Assembly: GCA_963793265.1 (NCBI GenBank)
Contig: CAWBZI010000006.1
Coordinates: forward strand, 608,001-672,000
Length of the DNA: 64,000 nucleotides
Direction of reading: 5' to 3'
From: an uncultured cyanobacterium
Lineage (GTDB): Bacteria; Cyanobacteriota; Cyanobacteriia; Phormidesmidales; Phormidesmidaceae
Shown here: piece by piece, positions 57,647-64,000 of the stretch
Layout of the letters: each line of letters starts with the position of its first letter
Numbering within the stretch: position 1 is the stretch's first letter
Notes under the pieces: model-generated
The model's input: the letters and a program-made list of their open reading frames with translations, nothing else
Database searches by the model: none
What the model was told of the DNA's origin: nothing
Program-made: the position numbers and the translations under genes

Positions 57647-59200
57647 ATGCAACATATTGAAAGCAAGTATGCGATCGCTCCACCACTGATGCCACCGCGC
57701 CGGTTGATCTTAAGCGCAATGTGCCTGGCTTTATTTATCACTAACTTTGACGGTACCGCTATGGACGTGGCGCTGCCGGTTGTGCAGAAAAGCTTGGGCG
57801 CGAATATGACTGGGCTTCAGTGGATTTTGAACGCCTATAACTTGCCGATTGCAAGCCTGTTGTTAGTGAGTGGAACGCTGGGCGATCGCTATGGTCGCAA
57901 GCGTATTTTTCTCTTTGGCCTCGGTTTATTCACCATCGCCTCTATTATCTGCGGCTGCGCGACGACGCTACCGGGCCTTATTGTCGGCAGAACCCTACAG
58001 GGCTTTGGTGCTGCCGCGCTTGTGCCTTTATCTCTAACCATCTTGAGTGCGACCTTTGTTGAAGCCGATGAAAAGACTAAGGCAATCGGCATTTGGTCTG
58101 CAATATCAGCCTTTGCACTCATCGCGGGCCCTGGGCTCGGCGGCATTCTCATCAGCACGCTTAACTGGCAAAGTATCTTCTGGCTCAACGTGCCTTTAGG
58201 ACTGTTGACCTGGGGTTTAGCAGCCTACGCGGTGCCCGCCGATCAGTCACAGGCTGATCGCAACAAACCTCAGCTAGACTGGCCGGGCCTAATATTCAGC
58301 ATTTCTATGCTCTCAACTTTTGCCTTAGCGCTCAGTGCGGGCGGTGAAGGGCAGTGGCTCTCAGGTTCTGTAGTGAAACTCGCAGCGGCTTCTGTGCTTA
58401 GCCTGGTGGGCTTTGTCGTGGTAGAGTCTCTCGCACGACACCCCATGCTGCCGCTGCCGCTGTTGAAAAATGCGGTGTTCTCAGTGGCCACGGTGGCGCA
58501 GGGGCTGGTGTTCTTTGCCTCGGGCAGCCTGGTGTTTCTCTTTAGCCTGTTTCTACAGCAGGTGCAGGGCTACTCTCCACTGCAAACAGGGCTGCGCTTT
58601 TTGCCGATGAACGCAGCTATTATTACAGCCGCTTTTCTCTCTGGCTGGCTGGCAAATCGCTTTGGCTGGCGGGTGCCCGTTATCGGTGGCTTTATGCTGG
58701 CGAGCGGCGCTATTTTCACACTCACCTCTATCGGGGTCGAAACACCCTACAGCAAACTGTTGTTTGGGCTAGTACTCTCTGGATTTGGCGGCGGGCTGAC
58801 CATCGCCCCGCTCACCGCACAGGCGATGGCCGCAGTGCCTACGGGACTCTCCGGTATCGCCTCTGCTGTGCTGAATGTGGGGATTCAGCTCGGGGGAATT
58901 TTGGGAATTTCATTGCAGGGAACGCTGTTGGCGCGGCGGCTAGAGGGTGCGATCGCGCTACAGCTTACCGAGTGGAATGTGCCCTTGGCGCTACAGCCCG
59001 AGATTATTCAGGGCGCTTTAGAGAATCAGGTGCGGGTGCCAGTGGCAAGTGCGCTGTCTGCTGCTGAGGTGCAAATTGCTATTCAACAGTCTTTTGTGGT
59101 TGGCTTGCAGGCAGCTTTGTGGGTGGCAGCGCTGGCTTTGTTTAGCGGGGCTGTGCTGGTTGGGATGCTCAGGCGATCGCAATTCGAGAAAATAAAATAG
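57647..59200 (+). CDS. DHA2 (14-TM) MFS efflux transporter
   Basis: LQWILNAY, GTLGDRYGRKR, GRTLQGFG, WQSIFWLNVP. GTG 57638 is an alternative start. Confidence 0.92.
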   Translation: MQHIESKYAIAPPLMPPRRLILSAMCLALFITNFDGTAMDVALPVVQKSLGANMTGLQWILNAYNLPIASLLLVSGTLGDRYGRKRIFLFGLGLFTIASIICGCATTLPGLIVGRTLQGFGAAALVPLSLTILSATFVEADEKTKAIGIWSAISAFALIAGPGLGGILISTLNWQSIFWLNVPLGLLTWGLAAYAVPADQSQADRNKPQLDWPGLIFSISMLSTFALALSAGGEGQWLSGSVVKLAAASVLSLVGFVVVESLARHPMLPLPLLKNAVFSVATVAQGLVFFASGSLVFLFSLFLQQVQGYSPLQTGLRFLPMNAAIITAAFLSGWLANRFGWRVPVIGGFMLASGAIFTLTSIGVETPYSKLLFGLVLSGFGGGLTIAPLTAQAMAAVPTGLSGIASAVLNVGIQLGGILGISLQGTLLARRLEGAIALQLTEWNVPLALQPEIIQGALENQVRVPVASALSAAEVQIAIQQSFVVGLQAALWVAALALFSGAVLVGMLRRSQFEKIK

Positions 59201-59212
59201 AAAATTCTTGCT

Positions 59213-60742
59213 ATGAAACAAATTCGAGACGGTAAGGTTACAGTCCTCTGCGCAATGTGCCTGGCGCTGTTTATGACTAACTTCAACGCCACCGCAGCAG
59301 ATGTGGCCCTGCCTCAAATGCAACAGAACTTGGGCGCTGACATGCTTGGGGTGCAGTGGATTCTAAACGCATACCTTTTACCCGTTGCCAGCCTGCTATT
59401 GGTGACTGGCAAACTAGGCGATAGGTACGGTCGCAAGCGCATATTTTTAGCCGGTATTCTACTATTTAGCATCGCCACCGTAGTCTGTGGGCTCGCGCCT
59501 AACTTAGCCGTGCTGATTGTTGGACGCGGTTTGCAAGGCATCGGTGCAGCGGCGGTAATTCCTTTATCGCTCACGATTGTGACGGCGACCTTTAGTGACC
59601 ATCAGGCGCGGGCAAAAGCAATTGGGATATGGTCGGCAGTTTCAGCGATCGCACTTGTCGCGGGCCCCGGCTTAGGCGGCTTTTTGGTAGACGGCTTAGG
59701 CTGGCGCAGCATCTTTTTTATTACGCTTCCTTTAGGCTTAGTCACGTTTGCGATGACGGCTCGGGCCTTTAAAGAACAATTAAGAGAAAAAGCTGTGGTT
59801 AGCTGGGTTGGGTTGGGGTTGAGTGTGGTTGCGATCACCTCCCTTGTATACGTTCTCACCCAGGGCAGCATAGCAGCCTGGCAATCCACCCGAACCCTCG
59901 GCCTACTCACTATTACCGGCCTCAGCTTCACCGCCTTCTGGCAGGTCAACGCCCGCAGCAACACGCCCGTCATTCCACCAACTCTGCTTAGAAACAGAAA
60001 ATTCCTCACGCTCTGCTTCGTACAAACCTTGGTTTTCTTCACCTCTGGCGGATTGTTCTTCATTCTGAGCTTGTTCTTACAGCAGGTTCAAGGCTATTCC
60101 GCTGCCGCTACCGGCCTGTGCTTCATCCCGATGAACATCGCAATCGTTTCAGCCTCCTTCGCCTCCGGGTGGATTGCGGCCAAGCTAGGCTGGCGCTTCC
60201 CCATTCTCAGCGGCCTTACAATTGCGAGCATTGCACTATTCTCACTCACTCGCATCAGCATCAATACGCCCTACCTCACCACGCTATCGACCCTCATATT
60301 CTCAGGATTCGGCGGTGGCCTGACCATCGCCCCCCTCGCTGCTGCCGCGATGAATTCCGTACGTCCGGTAGAAGAAGGCATCGCCTCAGCCGTTTCGAGC
60401 ATCAGCATTCAATTTGGCGGCATTCTAGGCATTGGCTTACAGGGTGCGCTGTTCTCAGGCAGGCTCACCGCTGCGCTAAAAGACACAATGCTCGACTGGA
60501 ATTTATCGTCCGATCTCCAAGAGAAAATTTTAGCGGACGGCATCCAAAACCTGTCCAATTCCCCTGTTAATTTACCGCCCACCCTCTCTTCAGCAGCATT
60601 AGAACAAGCGGTCAAACTAGCGTTCGTCTCAGGGCTACAGTCCGTAGTACTCATAGCCGCGCTCTCACTGGTTTTCGGCGTACTACTCATATTTACCTTA
60701 GTTCCTTCAATCGTTCGGTCTTCTGTCCATGAACAAGTTTAA
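59213..60742 (+). CDS. DHA2 MFS efflux transporter (paralog)
   Basis: GKLGDRYGRKR, GRGLQGIG, GWRSIFF. Confidence 0.92.
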   Translation: MKQIRDGKVTVLCAMCLALFMTNFNATAADVALPQMQQNLGADMLGVQWILNAYLLPVASLLLVTGKLGDRYGRKRIFLAGILLFSIATVVCGLAPNLAVLIVGRGLQGIGAAAVIPLSLTIVTATFSDHQARAKAIGIWSAVSAIALVAGPGLGGFLVDGLGWRSIFFITLPLGLVTFAMTARAFKEQLREKAVVSWVGLGLSVVAITSLVYVLTQGSIAAWQSTRTLGLLTITGLSFTAFWQVNARSNTPVIPPTLLRNRKFLTLCFVQTLVFFTSGGLFFILSLFLQQVQGYSAAATGLCFIPMNIAIVSASFASGWIAAKLGWRFPILSGLTIASIALFSLTRISINTPYLTTLSTLIFSGFGGGLTIAPLAAAAMNSVRPVEEGIASAVSSISIQFGGILGIGLQGALFSGRLTAALKDTMLDWNLSSDLQEKILADGIQNLSNSPVNLPPTLSSAALEQAVKLAFVSGLQSVVLIAALSLVFGVLLIFTLVPSIVRSSVHEQV

Positions 60743-61859
60743 CTTTGAGCCTCATCTCATCGACTCAGACCTACCCAAACGCCGCTTTTACGCTCAAACT
60801 GCCCTGGCCGACTTAGACAACGACGGCCGGTTAGAGGTAATTATGGGTCAGCGCCACGGCAACATTTACTACTACAAATATCACGACAACAAAACATGGT
60901 CGCGTCATCTGCTGGGCAAAAACTCACCGTCAGACGTCGGAGCCTGCGCCTTTGATGTAGACGGCGATGGCTGGATAGACTTTGTAGCGGGCGGGGCATG
61001 GTATCAAAACTCTCGCGATCCTAATAAGCCCTTTACGCGGCATGTGTTTGATCGGCGGCTCAAAGCTGTTCATGATTTAGTAGCGGCTGATATTGATGGA
61101 GACGGACAAAAAGAAGTGCTCACTATGTCTGATAAAAACAATTTGCGCTGGTACAAAGTGCCGGTTGATCCAACCCAACCTTGGATTCGGCATGATATTG
61201 CGACTTCTGTTCATGCTGGACTCAGCGTCGGAGATATTGACGGCGATGGCGATTTAGACATTGTGCGAACGGATATATGGCTTGAAAACATCAGAGGTGA
61301 CGGTACGCTTTGGGTAGAGCATCCTATTGGGCCAAGTACACCGCCGCCGAAAGACTTTCGTCCGTCGTATGCGTTTAATGCAACCTGTAGCGTGGTGTGC
61401 GATGTGAATAAAGACGGTAAGAACGACGTTGTTTTTACTGACTCAGAGATTCCGGGCGGGCAGGTGTGGTGGATGGAGAATGTGGATGGTAAGGGGCGCG
61501 AGTGGCGGCGGCATGAGATTTATTGCCGTGGGGATGAGCCTAGACGGGGGGCGTATCACAGCCTTTTTGTAGGCGATTTGGATGGCGATGGTGACTGGGA
61601 TGTTTTTAGCTGTGAGATGGAGGCGGTGAGCGGTGAGGAAGGGCCGCGTTTTTATATTTGGGAGAATGTGGATGGCTACGGGCAAGCGTGGAAGGAGCAC
61701 GTCATTTTAGATGTAAATTTGGGGGGACATGCAACTCTCGTGGGCGATATTTCGGGAAATGGGTGGCTAGATATGTTTACGAAGCCCTGGCGCGCGAGTC
61801 GGAAGAATGCGCTGGGGGGGAAGATGTATGCAATGTTTTTGGAGAATATTGGGTGGTAG
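60729..61859 (+). CDS. FG-GAP/VCBS repeat beta-propeller protein
   Basis: About seven DxDxDG-type repeats (DLDNDG, DVDGDG, DIDGDG x2, DVNKDG, DLDGDG, DISGNG); no obvious signal peptide. Confidence 0.85.
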   Translation: MNKFNFEPHLIDSDLPKRRFYAQTALADLDNDGRLEVIMGQRHGNIYYYKYHDNKTWSRHLLGKNSPSDVGACAFDVDGDGWIDFVAGGAWYQNSRDPNKPFTRHVFDRRLKAVHDLVAADIDGDGQKEVLTMSDKNNLRWYKVPVDPTQPWIRHDIATSVHAGLSVGDIDGDGDLDIVRTDIWLENIRGDGTLWVEHPIGPSTPPPKDFRPSYAFNATCSVVCDVNKDGKNDVVFTDSEIPGGQVWWMENVDGKGREWRRHEIYCRGDEPRRGAYHSLFVGDLDGDGDWDVFSCEMEAVSGEEGPRFYIWENVDGYGQAWKEHVILDVNLGGHATLVGDISGNGWLDMFTKPWRASRKNALGGKMYAMFLENIGW

Positions 61860-61860
61860 C

Positions 61861-64000
61861 CTAAACCAACATTAAGAACAACTTAATCAGTAGCTGGGTT
61901 CGATCTAAAGGCTTACCTAAACAGGCAGAGGCACCATACCACTTTGCTTTGAGTCTTGTAAACCAGTTTGCCTTCGGCACCATCAGTAGAATAGGAACCG
62001 TGCGGAAGGTGGGATTTTTGCGGAGGCGATCGCACACCTCAAACGCATTTAACCCCGGCATAGAGGTCGTGAGCAAAATAATATCTGGCTGATAATACAC
62101 CAAATCAGTCAGCGCCGTGACCGGATCATCAACCGGCAATAGAGAGAAAACAGTATCGCCTAGATAGTTGTGAATGTTGCACAGCGTTGGAAAGTCATCT
62201 TCAATGCAGGCAATGGTGTAAACCGTTTTCTCGGGCTCGCTGAGCCTATCTGGCTGCGGCTTAATTGCGATCGCTGCTGACGTTTTCATAGCTTCTCTCC
62301 TTTCACTATCATCTATAGGCGCTGAATCTCTTGAGGCCAAATCTTTCGAGGCTAGATCCTTCACCGCCAAAAGCTTATCTTTGTGCTGAGACTCAGTGAT
62401 AAAAGGCGATCCCTCGGGCTGCGCCCCCCCATAGGCATAGGCCAAATTGCTATCTAATCGTCGGTTAAACAACTGCCCTATTTTGTAAGTCCAACGGCCC
62501 AAACGCTGCTGCAATCCGGCGATATAGGTAAAGCAAACGGGTACGACGACTAACGTTAGCAAGGTTGCCGTTGAAAAGCCACCAATGACTGCGATCGCCA
62601 TCGGACTTCTCACCTCTCCGCCCGCCCCTAGCTCCAAGGCAATCGGCACCATGCCCGCCACAGTAGAAATCGAGGTCATCAAAATAGGCCGTAGCCGGGT
62701 AACGCCCGAAGAAATTGCCGCCTGCTTCAAAGACTGACCGCTCTCTTTCGCCTGCAACGCATAGTCCACCAGCAAAATAGAGTTTTTAGTCACCAGCCCC
62801 ATCAGCAGCACAATACCGATAAGCGCGTAAAGATCGAGCGGTTTGTGCGTGAGCATCAGGGCAATGAAGGTGCCGCCAATGCTGAGGGGCAGCGCTGACA
62901 TGACTGCTAAAGGGTAAATAAAACTGTTGTACAAAAGCACCAGTACCGCGTAGATCATGACGATAGCAGTGCCAAGGGCGATCGCGAACCGACTAAACAC
63001 ATCTTGCAAAATATCGGCATCGCCAGCAGTTTGCTCGCTCACATCGTCAGGGAGATTCTGCAAAACAGGCAGCGCATAAACCGCATCTAGCGCCTGGCCT
63101 AAGCTAATGCCCTGGAGATTTGCGCCCACCGTAACCTGACGGGCGCGATCGAACCGTTCAATTTCAGCAGTGCCGCCGCCGATAGAGACTTCGGCTACCG
63201 CCGAGAGCGGCACAAGCTGCTGCCGGTTGCTGGCGACTTGAATATTGCTGATAGCCGCCAGGTCTGTTCTAAACTCGGGGGCGAGCCGGGTACGGATAGG
63301 AATTTGGCGATCGCCCGCATCAATTTCAGACAGGTTAGCATCGCGATCGCCCAGAGTCGCCAGTGTCGCCGTCGTCGCAATATCCCTCAGCTTCACGCCC
63401 AAATCCGCCGCCTGCTGAGCATTGGGCCGAATCAACAGTTCAGGCTTTACCAGCCCAATACTCGTACTCACCTCCACCAGTCCGGGAATCTCTCGCATCT
63501 GCTGCGCGAGCTGATTAGCCGTTTGGTTTAAGCTTTGCGGATTCGCACTTTTGAGCACTACGCTAAACGCCTCAGAGCCCCCGCCCGGACTCTGGTTGTC
63601 AAAGCCGAATCGAATATCTGGCACCCTTTGCAGTTGCCCTCTCACTTGCTGCTCAAAATCTTGCCGAGAAATATCACGTTCTCCCTTTGGCTTCAGACGA
63701 ATCACCATCTCCGACTCGTCTACATTTTGAGCCACATAAACGCTTTCGACCGCTGGATGCGTTAGCAGGCGATCGCTCAGTCCCCGCGTAATCTCATCGG
63801 CCCGCTCAAACGTGGTTCCCGGCGGCAGCTCAATTTTCAGTTGCGAGAGATCCGTATCACCTGCGCCGTAAAGTCCCGTTGGAATATGTGGAATCAGCGC
63901 CAGGCTAGAAGCAAAAATTGCGATCGCTACTCCTAAAGTCACCAGCCGATGCCGCAACGCTCGCCCCAAAAGCCATCGATAGCCCCCTCTTTGCGATGTA
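61861..64000 (-). CDS. AcrB-family RND efflux permease (5' part outside the window) with C-terminal receiver-like domain
   Basis: GIVLLMGLVTKNSILLVD, RLRPILMTS, PMAIAVIGG; frame is open to the window edge; tail IACIEDD...PDIILLT..MPG...GKP. Confidence 0.92.
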   Translation of the reverse strand, partial: TSQRGGYRWLLGRALRHRLVTLGVAIAIFASSLALIPHIPTGLYGAGDTDLSQLKIELPPGTTFERADEITRGLSDRLLTHPAVESVYVAQNVDESEMVIRLKPKGERDISRQDFEQQVRGQLQRVPDIRFGFDNQSPGGGSEAFSVVLKSANPQSLNQTANQLAQQMREIPGLVEVSTSIGLVKPELLIRPNAQQAADLGVKLRDIATTATLATLGDRDANLSEIDAGDRQIPIRTRLAPEFRTDLAAISNIQVASNRQQLVPLSAVAEVSIGGGTAEIERFDRARQVTVGANLQGISLGQALDAVYALPVLQNLPDDVSEQTAGDADILQDVFSRFAIALGTAIVMIYAVLVLLYNSFIYPLAVMSALPLSIGGTFIALMLTHKPLDLYALIGIVLLMGLVTKNSILLVDYALQAKESGQSLKQAAISSGVTRLRPILMTSISTVAGMVPIALELGAGGEVRSPMAIAVIGGFSTATLLTLVVVPVCFTYIAGLQQRLGRWTYKIGQLFNRRLDSNLAYAYGGAQPEGSPFITESQHKDKLLAVKDLASKDLASRDSAPIDDSERREAMKTSAAIAIKPQPDRLSEPEKTVYTIACIEDDFPTLCNIHNYLGDTVFSLLPVDDPVTALTDLVYYQPDIILLTTSMPGLNAFEVCDRLRKNPTFRTVPILLMVPKANWFTRLKAKWYGASACLGKPLDRTQLLIKLFLMLV

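Larger units (their letters stand above)
22..63928. repeat. HIP1 octamer GCGATCGC dispersed throughout
   Basis: Many dozens of copies, e.g. 22, 2548, 6716, 7117, 13417, 16371, 24340, 26276, 33193, 35470, 46611, 54305, 62026. Not counted exhaustively. Confidence 0.97.

Noticed and set aside
232..63765. Numerous 60-190 aa ORFs antisense to or overlapping recognised genes (e.g. 3087-3671, 8125-8496, 59602-60063)
   Set aside because: Shadow frames of well-supported CDSs with no recognisable motifs.

Overview
Chromosomal region of a cyanobacterium: the HIP1 octamer GCGATCGC is very frequent, and an NtcA promoter, flv, ARTO and rbp genes are present. NiSOD hints at a marine or saline lineage (inference). 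In order, the window contains: an NtcA-controlled urtABCDE operon and ureC; a HigBA-like toxin-antitoxin cassette bracketed by a 74-bp duplication of the ureC 5' end; sodC; three tandem RRM (rbp) genes; an EamA transporter and a UbiA-family prenyltransferase; an NrtR-regulated NAD salvage operon (pncB-nadD-nrtR-nadE); HtrA, OsmC, a dienelactone hydrolase, a Ski2-like helicase and an FeS-type photolyase; an operon of four Ser/Thr kinases with divergent membrane C-termini, headed by a kinase-less copy of that C-terminal domain; sodN-sodX; a NucA-type nuclease; flv4-flv2; an ARTO-type oxidase operon with a GMC oxidoreductase; NuiA; Cry-DASH; a tandem-duplicated MNT-HEPN module; a six-gene putative amino-sugar/glycoside biosynthetic cluster; and the 3' part of an RND transporter fused to a pseudo-receiver domain. 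I saw no rRNA, tRNA, CRISPR array or transposase. The strongest unexplained signals are a G-rich to C-rich strand-skew flip centred on HIP1 sites regardless of coding strand, the polymorphic kinase array, the biosynthetic cluster, and the TA cassette inserted at the ureC start. All family assignments come from motif recognition, not database searches.
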